Shown: piece after piece, positions 18,541-28,442 of the stretch
How positions within the stretch are numbered: the stretch's first letter is position 1
Layout of the letters: each line of letters opens with the position of its first letter
Assembly (NCBI GenBank): GCA_964631575.1
Contig: CAZVYD010000001.1
Location: 33,262-97,261 of the forward strand
DNA: 64,000 nucleotides
Reading direction: 5' to 3'
From: an uncultured Candidatus Bathyarchaeia archaeon
Lineage (GTDB): Archaea; Thermoproteota; Bathyarchaeia; 40CM-2-53-6; JALHTG01
Program-made: the position numbers and the translations under genes
The notes under the pieces: generated by a model
Database searches by the model: none
The model's input: only the letters and a program-made list of their open reading frames with translations
What the model was told of the DNA's origin: nothing

Positions 18541-20802
18541 CTAACCCTCCTCCTTCTTGTATTTCGCAGTTAAGATCTCACGGATCCGTTCCGAAATCTT
18601 CTCACCTATACCTTCGACTTCGCCGAGTTCCTCTCTGCTCACCGTAAACACTCTCTCCACGGTTTCAAACCTTCTCAGAAGGCTCCGGGAGCGAACTGCA
18701 TCAATGCTCGGCAGGCTGGCGACTATGAACTCCTGAAGTTCCTCAACGCTAGCTGGCTTGCGTTCAGCTCTGACTCTGGGCTCGCGCCTTTCCTTAATCT
18801 GCTCGCGCCTAGCAATCGAGAACAAAAGCAACGCCGTCTCCTCCGAAGACTTGGTCCAGACAAGAGGTATCAGATAGTCTATCAGAACGCTAGCGACTGC
18901 GCCCATGAGCGCTTCCGAGCTGATCTCCCTTGCAGATGTAGCTCTCTCGCCCTCCACTAGCAAAATGGGAATTTGATACGAATTCTTCATCGCTATCAGC
19001 TGATTGAAGAGACGTCCATCCATTATTGAGTCCACTAGGTCGTCAACAGTCTTCCTCTCTACCGCAACCCTGTCCGACAGAACGAAATCTGAGGTCACCA
19101 AACTCTCCATCTTCACGGAAGCATTGAACTTGGCAAGTTCTCTCATAACTGGGGAGGCGCTCTCTCTCGAGTCGACAATGATCGTCACCCGCGGCTCCTT
19201 ATGCTCTGTGACCTCTTCCTCAAACTCTTCCAATCTTGGCTGTTCCCTTGATACCTTTGTGGAAATCTCAATCTCACGTAAGGCCTGAGCCATTACACGT
19301 TCTTTTCTTCTAGCTATCCAGTAGTACGCTTCATCTCTCGTCCCAACAGCCATCAAGATTGTTGCCTTACCCGGCCCCCTCCTGCCTGTTCTTCCCCTTC
19401 GCTGAATGAACCTGATGGCGCTGGGGACATTGTCATAGAAGATAACCTCGTCGCATTCTGCTATGTCCAAACCTTCCTCACCGATCTGTGTAGCGACTAG
19501 CACATTGTAGGTGCCTTGCTTGAACTGTTCAAGGGCTGCCGCCTGTTCCTTCTGCGAAAGCCCTTTGTCTTCGCCCTTCGTGACTTGGCCAACGAGGCGC
19601 ACTGCTGAAATTCCTTGCCGAGAGTTGAGTATTTCGAGAAGTTTGGTAGCTGTGGCGCGATAGTTTGTGAAAACCATGATTCTTCTTGCGCCCTTATTGA
19701 ATGCCTCCTCACTCTCTTTGATCAGCTCTCCAATCTTTGGATGATCGATTCCCTCTTTCACAGCTGCGTCTATGAGTAGAAGTGATCTCTGAACCTGTTC
19801 GTGTTCCATCATCTTGCTCAACGCAGAGGATGGCCTAGCTTTCAATTTCGCCTTCAACGATTCAATGAACTGTTTGAGAGAAGAGAACCCCTGCGTTTCT
19901 AGCAGTTCTATCGCCTTGACCGCATGAATGCAAGAGTAGAGCCCTGAGGAGACCGTGCGCAACTCATCCCTCGAAACGGCAGCTGATCTTCGCAGCTCGC
20001 GAATACTCTGCCTAGCCTCAAGAATCTCCCTGAGCCTGACTCTATCAGAGGTCGTTTGCGTGAGTATTCCTATCTTCTGAGCAGCCTTGATTTGATCCCG
20101 CAAGAACTCTTGAAAGCCACTGCGCGTATCGTGGAAGATTTGAGGAAGAACTATGCTCTTCCACTCGACCTGAAGCCCTCCGATATACGGTTTCACGTCA
20201 GGGCTAGATGTGGTTCTTGCCTGCACCTGCCTGATGTGGAGGTTCCGACATACCTCCTCTATGGCTTCTCTTGTTGATCCGGGCGAGGCGGTGAGCCCCA
20301 AGATTAGGGAGTTCTCTCTTTGGGCGTACCGTGGACCTATGAACGTGTACGCATAGTCCCCAACAGCTCTATGCGCCTCATCAAAAACAAGTAAAACGAT
20401 CCCGGCTAACTGCAGGCGGCCAGTGATCAGGTCATTCATGAAGACTTGGGGGGTGGAGAAGACAGTCCTCTTCTTCCACAGCTCGACCCGCTGGTCAGGC
20501 GGAGTCACACCAGTTATCGCAGCCATCGAGTCCGAATCGATCGTCAGCATCCTCGCAAGGTTCTTGTGATGTTGCAGAGTAAGTGGACGAGTGGGAGCCA
20601 TGACGACGACTCTTCCTTCCGGGAACTGCAGCAACCTCTCTGCGATCACTAAGGCGGCAACTACAGTCTTTCCCAGCCCTGTTGGAAGACAGACAAGCGT
20701 GTTTGCCTTCAGGCATTCACGTGCGATTCGCTCTTGGTAGCTTCGACTCTCAACCGTACCCTTTCGTATTAGAGGATGCTCCACAAATCTCTGCGCCATC
20801 AA
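18541..20802 (-). CDS. hef: Hef helicase/nuclease (FANCM/XPF-ERCC4)
   Basis: LPTGLGKT, DEAH, TAS, QRRGRTGR helicase motifs; VDSRE and VERK ERCC4 nuclease motifs; C-terminal HhH. Confidence 0.95.
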   Translation of the reverse strand: MMAQRFVEHPLIRKGTVESRSYQERIARECLKANTLVCLPTGLGKTVVAALVIAERLLQFPEGRVVVMAPTRPLTLQHHKNLARMLTIDSDSMAAITGVTPPDQRVELWKKRTVFSTPQVFMNDLITGRLQLAGIVLLVFDEAHRAVGDYAYTFIGPRYAQRENSLILGLTASPGSTREAIEEVCRNLHIRQVQARTTSSPDVKPYIGGLQVEWKSIVLPQIFHDTRSGFQEFLRDQIKAAQKIGILTQTTSDRVRLREILEARQSIRELRRSAAVSRDELRTVSSGLYSCIHAVKAIELLETQGFSSLKQFIESLKAKLKARPSSALSKMMEHEQVQRSLLLIDAAVKEGIDHPKIGELIKESEEAFNKGARRIMVFTNYRATATKLLEILNSRQGISAVRLVGQVTKGEDKGLSQKEQAAALEQFKQGTYNVLVATQIGEEGLDIAECDEVIFYDNVPSAIRFIQRRGRTGRRGPGKATILMAVGTRDEAYYWIARRKERVMAQALREIEISTKVSREQPRLEEFEEEVTEHKEPRVTIIVDSRESASPVMRELAKFNASVKMESLVTSDFVLSDRVAVERKTVDDLVDSIMDGRLFNQLIAMKNSYQIPILLVEGERATSAREISSEALMGAVASVLIDYLIPLVWTKSSEETALLLFSIARREQIKERREPRVRAERKPASVEELQEFIVASLPSIDAVRSRSLLRRFETVERVFTVSREELGEVEGIGEKISERIREILTAKYKKEEG

Positions 20803-20907
20803 ACTTCGCCCATAGATTCACACAATGGTCCTTAACACGGTGTTGTCGCCCACAATATCCTAACGGGCCAGAGGGCGCAACCACGTGGTCTCAAGCTTTG
20901 GGTCGTC

Positions 20908-21534
20908 CTACTTTTGGAGACCTGCCCTCCTCAGGGCTTGAAGCACCAATTCTAGAACCTCTCTTTTCACAACATCAAGACTCCTATTTGAATCGACTTT
21001 AACAAGCTCGCCTGACTCCGCAAGGCTTAGGTAGATCTCTCGGACCTTTCTCTCCAACTCCACTCTTTCCAACACACTTCTCCATCTCTTCCTCGCGAGC
21101 CCTGTCTCAGCTGGGACATCTAGGTACAATGCTAGGTCTGGTTTGATCGCAAAGCAGTTGACTTGACGTATCCAATCCAGCTTCAAACCTTGCGCCCCTT
21201 GGTAAGCCAGCGAGGAGTAAACGTACCTAGCTGAGATTACGATCTTGTTTGCATTGAGCATGGGAAGCACCTCAAATGTCAGATGATCAAACCTGTCTGC
21301 AGCGAATAACAGCGTCTCGACTTGCGGAGAAACTTTTGCCTCACGAAGAAACTTCTGCTCTATGAATCGTCCTATCTGAAATCTACTTGGCTCACCCGTG
21401 TAGGCCACATCATAATTGAGCCTTCGTAACTCCTCACAGAGCACCTTGGAGTGAACAGTCTTTCCGCATCCATCAATTCCTTCGAGGACTATGAAGAAAC
21501 CCCTTCTGCCGGTCGACAAGGCTCTCACATCCAA
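20908..21534 (-). CDS. tmk: Thymidylate kinase
   Basis: EGIDGCGKT P-loop, EP, LLFAADR, RYVYSSLAYQG, PDLALYLD. Confidence 0.93.
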   Translation of the reverse strand: MDVRALSTGRRGFFIVLEGIDGCGKTVHSKVLCEELRRLNYDVAYTGEPSRFQIGRFIEQKFLREAKVSPQVETLLFAADRFDHLTFEVLPMLNANKIVISARYVYSSLAYQGAQGLKLDWIRQVNCFAIKPDLALYLDVPAETGLARKRWRSVLERVELERKVREIYLSLAESGELVKVDSNRSLDVVKREVLELVLQALRRAGLQK

Positions 21535-21776
21535 CGATTATGGATCGAAAGTATGTGTACAATTCAGTCGTATTAAAAGGACGAATCCTCTTTAGTGCGA
21601 GCGGTCAACAGCACGATATGCCACGGAACTAGCTGTAGCGCAGCATAACGATTTGTCATAGGTCCAACTCCAGACCAGAAGCAATATTATGCTGATCCAG
21701 CAAGGCTAGATTCGGGAAACCTTTCAGAATGCGTTTCGTCCCACCTCCTTACTGTAAGAGTTGAGGAAGAGTAAGA

Positions 21777-23066
21777 ATGGCTGAGTATGGAACCCAATCT
21801 GCCTTCTGGGGATTCATAAAAGATCCCCTCTACGGTTACATCCGGCTGAAAGAATCCGAGAAGAACATACTAGATACGAAGGCTGTTCAGAGGCTTCGCA
21901 GAATCAAGCAGCTCAGCGGATCAGAATATGTCTATCCTGCTGCCAACCATACTCGGTTCGAGCATTCCTTAGGAGCCTTTCATCTTGCTGGAACATTAGC
22001 GTCTAGCCTGCCCGTGAAGCTGAAGTCTGAAGACGTGACGAAGCTGAAGATAGCTGCCTTACTGCACGATGTTGGACATGGGCCTTTCTCTCACTTACTT
22101 GAACCTACGATGAGACAGGTTCTAGGGAAGACGCATGAAGACTTGGGTACGTGGATAATCACGAAATCGAATCTCTCCGACACTTTGCGGAAAGAGGGAA
22201 TAGACCCCAATGAGATGGGAAAGCTTGCAATCGGCAAGCTGACTGATGACGAGAGGCGGTTCATGAATCAAGTAATTCGAAGTTCAGTGGACGTAGACAA
22301 GATGGACTTCGTTGTCAGAGACTCATATCACACGGGTGCAGGATATGGGACAGTAGACATCTTTCGTCTCATCTACACCATGGACGTACTGGACGGAGAT
22401 CTGGCAGTGAACTCGACAGCAATTCCGACACTGGAAACTTTCCTACTCGGTCGACTCGAATCCTTCAGAGCAATATACTTTCACCGTGCATCAAGAGCAG
22501 CACAGATAATGATACAGAAAGCACTGGAGATGGCGGAACCGGACCTGAAGCTCTTATCCTTCCGGACTCCGGATGAGTACCTTGCCCTAGACGACTACTC
22601 TGTGTGGTCTCAACTGAAGGCCTGTCACAAATCGAGGGCACTCATTGAAGATGTTGAGAGTCGGAGACTGATCAAGTGCTCCTATGAGAAGACTCTCTTC
22701 GCAAAGAATGAACTTGTTTCCAGTGTCTTCACTAATGAGGCTGTAAGGAAACAGATGGAGCAGGAGATAGCACGTAAGGCGAAAGTGGATCCCGAACAGG
22801 TGTGGATCGATGTTCCGTCCCTGCCTTCGGTACCCTACCACTACGCTATGGAAATAGAACCAATGGATATTCCGGTCTTCCAAGAAACGAGGGAAGGAAA
22901 GAAGGTGCGTGTCAGTGTGACTGAGCTTTCTCAAGTAATAGGGGTCATGAGGGTCTTCATGAACATAATCCGGGTCTACACAATCCAGAAACATCGAGAC
23001 ACGGTAATGAAGGCTTCTGAAGACATTTTGGGGAAGCCATCGCTCTCTTCACAAGTATCCTACTGA
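21777..23066 (+). CDS. HD-domain dNTP triphosphohydrolase-like protein (SAMHD1/COG1078)
   Basis: QRLRRIKQL, HTRFEHSLG, LLHDVGHGPFSH, DVDKMDF, IYFH. Confidence 0.9.
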   Translation: MAEYGTQSAFWGFIKDPLYGYIRLKESEKNILDTKAVQRLRRIKQLSGSEYVYPAANHTRFEHSLGAFHLAGTLASSLPVKLKSEDVTKLKIAALLHDVGHGPFSHLLEPTMRQVLGKTHEDLGTWIITKSNLSDTLRKEGIDPNEMGKLAIGKLTDDERRFMNQVIRSSVDVDKMDFVVRDSYHTGAGYGTVDIFRLIYTMDVLDGDLAVNSTAIPTLETFLLGRLESFRAIYFHRASRAAQIMIQKALEMAEPDLKLLSFRTPDEYLALDDYSVWSQLKACHKSRALIEDVESRRLIKCSYEKTLFAKNELVSSVFTNEAVRKQMEQEIARKAKVDPEQVWIDVPSLPSVPYHYAMEIEPMDIPVFQETREGKKVRVSVTELSQVIGVMRVFMNIIRVYTIQKHRDTVMKASEDILGKPSLSSQVSY

Positions 23067-23407
23067 CTCTGATTTCTCTGCTTTCGAGCAAGATCATCCA
23101 AGAGGGCAGCGGCAATTCTAATTCCTTCAGGCTCTGATATTTCTACGTTCACGGAGGCAAGGCTCATCTTCTTGAAGGAACCTGCAACCCTCTCAGCCAA
23201 GGCCCTCGCCGATAAGAGGTACTTTCCTCCAAGTAGCACGGAGGAGGTGGTGACCTGGCTGTCTCCCGGCCCTGGTAGCGCGATGGCAAGAGTTCCAAGC
23301 TTCATGTTGTCCTCGTAGAAGAAAGCTAGGAGAGCATTGCTAAGCTCAAGTATGCTAAGACGGAAAATCTTACCCTCCCTCTCCATGCTTGCCTCTTTGA
23401 ACGACAT
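23060..23407 (-). CDS. Putative proteasome assembly chaperone 4-like protein
   Basis: KLGTLAIALP...SSVLLG...ARALAERV...SLASVN pattern resembles the PAC4/POC4 fold. Confidence 0.5.
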   Translation of the reverse strand: MSFKEASMEREGKIFRLSILELSNALLAFFYEDNMKLGTLAIALPGPGDSQVTTSSVLLGGKYLLSARALAERVAGSFKKMSLASVNVEISEPEGIRIAAALLDDLARKQRNQSQ

Positions 23408-23481
23408 CGCAACTCACGGAACTTGCTTTCAGATCAGTATTTGAACAGAGGTGGACCCAGCATCTGTTACGTCGCTTTCTT

Positions 23482-24588
23482 CTAGTGGTCTGGCTCTGCT
23501 AGACATGGAACTTCCTTCCCATCCTCGTTCAGTTTGACTGCGCCAAACTCAATCGTGCTTATCGGCCTTCTGAAGGAAGTATGAATCCTAAGGATTCCTT
23601 CTCTCTGCTCCACTCCCATCAATATCCCTATGCCGAGAAGGAGATCGTTGTCGTTCAAGAAACCCACTACTGAATGAAGCTTCTGAGTAGCAGCCAAGAG
23701 CCTGCCATTTCTGACCTCAGCCCCCCTCAACTTGACCTTGTCAAAATTGATTTGTCGGATAACCGCGTCGGCCAGATATTTCCTGTAGGAAAGTTCTCTC
23801 AGTCTCCGTCTCTCATCTCGAGTTCTTTTCCTCACAGCTGTTGGAGATTGAACCTTTATCACAGTGCTTCTTATCGCCTTAATCACAGGGTCAGCCTCAC
23901 CGTCAGATTGGATCACCGCCACCAAGTCAGGGGAGATCTCATTGATCATTCTGGCTTTGAAGGCGCAAGCCTCGTCGTCCATGATCCATCCATCTGTGTT
24001 TATGATAGTGGGGCCATGATCTGTCGAGCATAGTTCCATGAGCTTCTTTATGCCCAGAATGACCTTGTCCGTGGCAGGAGCCGGACTAGTGTGCCCCACG
24101 AAAAACATTGAAACTGGATCGAGATCCGCCAGAGAGAGAAGGTATCCGTCGGTGACCCCAAGCCCGATAGTTGTTGGAGGGCCAATATCAGACTGCCCAA
24201 CGTCTGCGTCAATCACCGAGATGTTCTGGTATTCGTTCAGCAGTATGTTGCTGAGATATGTGCACAGAGTGCTCTTTCCTGAGTCTATATCTCCTATTGC
24301 AAGTATCTTCGGGCAAGACATTTCCAAGGCTGCTTCGGCAAAGCTCTTCCACGAGCCAGGTATCGTGGTGCCCTCAATTTCCGTTAAACAAGCAGCATTC
24401 CCAAGCGAAGTCTGAATGACACTATCCGTGACTGCTTCAACTGGTATTTGCTTCTCCTCTCTTACCAGTAACTTTTCATCTCTCTCAACAGGGGCACCTA
24501 GAACCGTTGCCTCCCCCTCAATCAGTCTAAGTGACGCTGGGCCGGAAACCAGCAGAGTTCTTCCGGCAACCAAGGTCGTATTTCCCAA
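23482..24588 (-). CDS. Clp1/Grc3 family polynucleotide 5'-hydroxyl kinase
   Basis: GDIDSGKST, DADVGQSDIGPP, INTDGW, R..RR..R. Confidence 0.88.
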   Translation of the reverse strand: MGNTTLVAGRTLLVSGPASLRLIEGEATVLGAPVERDEKLLVREEKQIPVEAVTDSVIQTSLGNAACLTEIEGTTIPGSWKSFAEAALEMSCPKILAIGDIDSGKSTLCTYLSNILLNEYQNISVIDADVGQSDIGPPTTIGLGVTDGYLLSLADLDPVSMFFVGHTSPAPATDKVILGIKKLMELCSTDHGPTIINTDGWIMDDEACAFKARMINEISPDLVAVIQSDGEADPVIKAIRSTVIKVQSPTAVRKRTRDERRRLRELSYRKYLADAVIRQINFDKVKLRGAEVRNGRLLAATQKLHSVVGFLNDNDLLLGIGILMGVEQREGILRIHTSFRRPISTIEFGAVKLNEDGKEVPCLAEPDH

Positions 24589-24603
24589 TGGTGCGCCTCG
24601 TCC

Positions 24604-25377
24604 ATGAACGCTCCTTACACATTTAAGCTAATCTCAGAAGCAAGATATGGCCAAGGCAAAGCTGGAACGCACTTGGAGTTTCGACCGGACACAGTGTCAA
24701 CGGGATGTTCGCCTCTCGACACCATGCTCCATGGAGGGTTTTCCTTCTCCGAAGTTAGCCTAGTGTACGGAGAGGCTTCGACTGGAAAGACGACTTTGAC
24801 AATTCAATGTGCAGTTGAATGTGCAAAGAAAGGCCTTAAAGTATTGTATGTTGATGCAGATAGATCGTTTTCTCAGAATCGGTTTGCCCAGCTAGCAGGT
24901 GACCAACTGGATAGGATTGCGGCTAACATTGTCCTGTTCGTGCCCGAAACCTTTTCGGAACAGACATCTCTCGTTGAAAGAATGGAAAGTTATGTTACAG
25001 GAAGTACGGGAATGATAGTCGTGGATACCGTAACGTCGCTCTATCGCTCATCACTGGGCTCGATGGAAAAAGTGTTCGCCCAGAACAGGGAACTGAATAG
25101 GCAACTGGCATACCTAGCGGAGCTGGCAGCCGTTAGACATGTCGCCATACTCCTTACAAGCCAAGTGCATGGCCTTCCTTTTCGCGTGGGGCATCAGATC
25201 GAACCTGTCGCCAGACGTATACTTACGTACTGGTCCGGGGCCATACTGAGGCTCGTTTCGACGGCAGACCCGGGAGTCAAGACAGCTATGCTTGAACGCC
25301 ACTCGTCGCCTAACGTTCCGCTCACATCCTGTCTCCTCAGAATTACAGAGAAAGGTCTGGAGGGGGTTGAACCGTAA
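24604..25377 (+). CDS. radB: RadB-like RecA-superfamily ATPase
   Basis: STGC..LD..L.GG, GEASTGKT, VVDTV; lacks the RadA N-terminal domain; start probably downstream (about 24672). Confidence 0.75.
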   Translation: MNAPYTFKLISEARYGQGKAGTHLEFRPDTVSTGCSPLDTMLHGGFSFSEVSLVYGEASTGKTTLTIQCAVECAKKGLKVLYVDADRSFSQNRFAQLAGDQLDRIAANIVLFVPETFSEQTSLVERMESYVTGSTGMIVVDTVTSLYRSSLGSMEKVFAQNRELNRQLAYLAELAAVRHVAILLTSQVHGLPFRVGHQIEPVARRILTYWSGAILRLVSTADPGVKTAMLERHSSPNVPLTSCLLRITEKGLEGVEP

Positions 25378-25406
25378 GTCCGCTTCGCCACGCTGAAACG
25401 CTTAGT

Positions 25407-25928
25407 ATGGAGCCATACTCTTTGGAATTGGTCGTAACATTGAGCGATGCGATCTCAGCTCTCCTTTTCATTCTTCCCTCTTACGCAGCCAACTCCGTTC
25501 CCGCGATATTTGGGAGAGGAACCCCGATTGATCTTGGGAGGCGCTTTATTGATGGCGAGAGAATCTTTGGTTCTCATAAGACGATTAGAGGATTCTTAAG
25601 CGGCCTCATCGCTGGTTTCTTGGTTTCTGCTGGTATAGGTGCCGTTATTTCGATTGAACTTCTACTGTTTGGTATTCTAATCTCCATGGGTGCGTTGGGC
25701 GGTGATTTAGTCGGGGCATTCATCAAGAGGCGCATGAAGTTTCCTCCGGGATATCCATTGCCATTGTTGGATCAACTTGACTTCGTACTCGGCGGAATCC
25801 TGATTCTATACCCGTTCTACAGACTGAGTCGAGGAGCAATCTTCCTGATCCTTCTTGTAACTCCTGCAATTCACCTACTTGCGAACATGATAGCCTATCT
25901 TCTAAAAATCAAGAAGAACTTCTGGTAG
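25407..25928 (+). CDS. carS: CDP-archaeol synthase (DUF46)
   Basis: PSYAAN, PIDLG, G..KT.RG, GDLVGAFIKRR, LLDQLDF. Confidence 0.92.
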   Translation: MEPYSLELVVTLSDAISALLFILPSYAANSVPAIFGRGTPIDLGRRFIDGERIFGSHKTIRGFLSGLIAGFLVSAGIGAVISIELLLFGILISMGALGGDLVGAFIKRRMKFPPGYPLPLLDQLDFVLGGILILYPFYRLSRGAIFLILLVTPAIHLLANMIAYLLKIKKNFW

Positions 25929-25937
25929 AAAATCCGA

Positions 25938-26441
25938 CTAGTAGCCTATCTTTGATGACAGGAACGAAGTGCAGTAATATACAGCGATGAGCGTTATCAT
26001 GAGGCCGAGGAGGAGCATAAGATACGCCTGTCTTGGATTGTAGACTAGGCGCGTGCTTCTGAGCAGAAGGTAAAGGCCCAGTACTCCAAGAAAATACAGT
26101 AGGCCGGCCAGTATACTCTCGTTCAGAGTCTGAAGGTGGATACTGCCTCTGTAGACGAAGGTCCATCCTGATCCTTTTGGCAACAACGCAAGAGGCTTCT
26201 CCAAGATGTCAAAGACTCCGCCTGCCAAGACGAAGATCGCGAAAACCATCGTCGCAGCGACCAGTAGAGTCGTAGATGGCTTCATGGCCCTAGCTCGCGG
26301 GATTCCTGCCCCCTGGAACCTATAGCCCAGATTGACGAAGAATCTCTTGACCCTCCACGAAACCTTGCCAATCCTAGCCTTCAACACTTGCCATCCGCAG
26401 CCAAATCGCCCAGAGACTAAGGACATCGCAAACTTAAGCAT
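25938..26441 (-). CDS. OST3/OST6-OSTC(DC2)-like membrane protein
   Basis: Three TM helices with GG.FDI...P and Q...ES motif, as in OSTC/OST3 C-terminal regions; true start likely about 26387. Confidence 0.55.
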   Translation of the reverse strand: MLKFAMSLVSGRFGCGWQVLKARIGKVSWRVKRFFVNLGYRFQGAGIPRARAMKPSTTLLVAATMVFAIFVLAGGVFDILEKPLALLPKGSGWTFVYRGSIHLQTLNESILAGLLYFLGVLGLYLLLRSTRLVYNPRQAYLMLLLGLMITLIAVYYCTSFLSSKIGY

Positions 26442-26575
26442 ATCTCACAATCCTGCTTCAATGTGGATGGTCATCGCCTTCGAAAGAACTGAGCGCTCTG
26501 AATTCATAGACAATCAAAACAAGGTTAAAATAAGTTGTTGCTTTCCGTATAGCGCTCGGACACCGTGAACAGCGT

Positions 26576-26761
26576 ATGCCTCAAAAGATTCTATGCACAG
26601 GATGCAGCACAGTTCTCTACGATGGCTTCGACCTTGAATCGCCTCTTGAGATTATTCAGAGGAACAACGGCACATGTCCCAAGTGTGGACGTAAGCTTGG
26701 CTTCGACCCAGATGCCATCAAGATCATACCTATCAACGAAGATAGGAGTCAAACGCGATAG
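26576..26761 (+). CDS. Small zinc-ribbon protein
   Basis: CTGC...CPKCG; TATA-like AAGGTTAAAATAA upstream. Confidence 0.75.
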   Translation: MPQKILCTGCSTVLYDGFDLESPLEIIQRNNGTCPKCGRKLGFDPDAIKIIPINEDRSQTR

Positions 26762-26830
26762 GGTCCACGTATTTCATGTCCCTAGCAATCAACATGAATT
26801 CTCACACGAGTGTCTCGGAGGTAGTTGTAG

Positions 26831-27958
26831 ATGTCCCGTAGAACCCACCTATACGACTTTCATGCTCGGAACGGCCGCATAGTCGAATTCGCGGGATTCG
26901 GGATGCCTCTCTGGTACGAGGGCGTCGTTCCAGAGTGTAAAGCGGTCAGAAACGGTGCTGGAATTTTCGACACCTCTCACATGGGTAGAGTCCTGATATC
27001 GGGAGAGGACTCAACATCCTATCTGAACTATGTCACAACGAATGATGTTACAGCATTGGGGGTAGGTCGGGGCCACTTGTCGGTGATGTGCAACGAGAAA
27101 GGCGGCATTATCGATGACTTCGTCATCAGCAGACTTGCAGAGAAAGAGTACCTCGTGGTTCCCAACGCGGGAAACCGTGAAAAGGATCTCTCTTGGCTGA
27201 GAAAGCAGGCTGAGAAGTTCAGCGTTGAGATATGCGATGTCTCCGACGAGGTTTCTATGTTCGCAGTCCAAGGCCCAAACGCTCAAAAGATCCTCCAAGA
27301 GACCGGCAGAGAAGATCTCTCCCTCATCCCTCGATTTGGCGGAAGAAACGTAGACCTTGACGGTATCAAGGCAACTATCACCAGGACAGGGTACACTGGA
27401 GAGGACGGATTTGAAGTATTCACATGGGATTCTCCATTGGAGCAACCCTCAAAGGCAATTGCGGTGTGGAACGCAATACTCGATCACGGCAAAGTTTTCA
27501 ACATACAACCATGTGGACTAGGGGCGCGTGATGTCTTGCGATTGGAAGCAGGAATGTGTCTTTACGGCAATGACATAAGCGAATCGATAACCCCGCTCCA
27601 AGCGAGATTAGGGTTCGTGGTCAAGCTTACCAAGAACGAGTTCATAGGACGCGACTCCTTGGCTAAAGAGAAAGCTGAAGGCGCAAAGAAGGTCAGAGTG
27701 GGACTCAAAATGCTTGAGGCCGGGATTCCTAGGGCCGAGTGCGACATTTTGAAGGATTCCCAAGTTATCGGAAAGGTGACCAGCGGAACCTTCTCGCCCA
27801 CGATAAATCAAGGAATCGCCATGGGATATGTTCCAAGAGAACACTCGAAGGCCGGCGAGAAGGTGGAGATTAGAGTTCGCGCCAAGAACTTGCAAGCAGT
27901 GATCACGAGCTTTCCTTTCTACGACACATCGAAGTACGGATGGCAGCGAACTACGTGA
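26831..27958 (+). CDS. gcvT: Glycine cleavage system T protein (aminomethyltransferase)
   Basis: FAGFGMP, FDTSHMG, RTGYTGEDGFE, GLGARD.LRLEAG, VTSGTFSP. Confidence 0.96.
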   Translation: MSRRTHLYDFHARNGRIVEFAGFGMPLWYEGVVPECKAVRNGAGIFDTSHMGRVLISGEDSTSYLNYVTTNDVTALGVGRGHLSVMCNEKGGIIDDFVISRLAEKEYLVVPNAGNREKDLSWLRKQAEKFSVEICDVSDEVSMFAVQGPNAQKILQETGREDLSLIPRFGGRNVDLDGIKATITRTGYTGEDGFEVFTWDSPLEQPSKAIAVWNAILDHGKVFNIQPCGLGARDVLRLEAGMCLYGNDISESITPLQARLGFVVKLTKNEFIGRDSLAKEKAEGAKKVRVGLKMLEAGIPRAECDILKDSQVIGKVTSGTFSPTINQGIAMGYVPREHSKAGEKVEIRVRAKNLQAVITSFPFYDTSKYGWQRTT

Positions 27959-28033
27959 TAATCGGAGCCGGACAGGTGTCGAATCAGTAATATACTACGT
28001 AAGAGTTTCTACTGAAAGTTTGAGGAGCAGACT

Positions 28034-28441
28034 TTGAAAGTAAACGACTGCGAAGTCTCCGAAGAGCTATACTACACGAAAGAACATGAATGGGTCAAAT
28101 TGGAGGGGAACAACTGTAGAATCGGAGTCAGCGATTACGCCCAGAAATCCCTTCATGAGGTTGTATTTGTAGATCTTCCCAAAGTTGGCTCCAAGATCAC
28201 CCGCTCCCAACCGTTAGGCTCAGTTGAATCAGTCAAGGCAGTGGCCGACGTGTTCACTCCAATATCAGGCGAGGTCACAGAAGTTAACGCGAAGCTGGCA
28301 GATACCCCCGAACTTGTGAACCAGCAGCCCTACGGTAGCGGCTGGATTGCCATCATCAAACCGTCCAACCTTGAGGCAGAACTTAGGAGCCTGCTCGACG
28401 CGAAGGGCTATGCAGCCTTTCTGAAAACGCAGGCAAAGTAA
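28034..28441 (+). CDS. gcvH: Glycine cleavage system H protein
   Basis: YTKEHEW, ESVKA (lipoyl Lys), PELVN.QPY..GW. Confidence 0.96.
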   Translation: MKVNDCEVSEELYYTKEHEWVKLEGNNCRIGVSDYAQKSLHEVVFVDLPKVGSKITRSQPLGSVESVKAVADVFTPISGEVTEVNAKLADTPELVNQQPYGSGWIAIIKPSNLEAELRSLLDAKGYAAFLKTQAK

Positions 28442-28442
28442 C

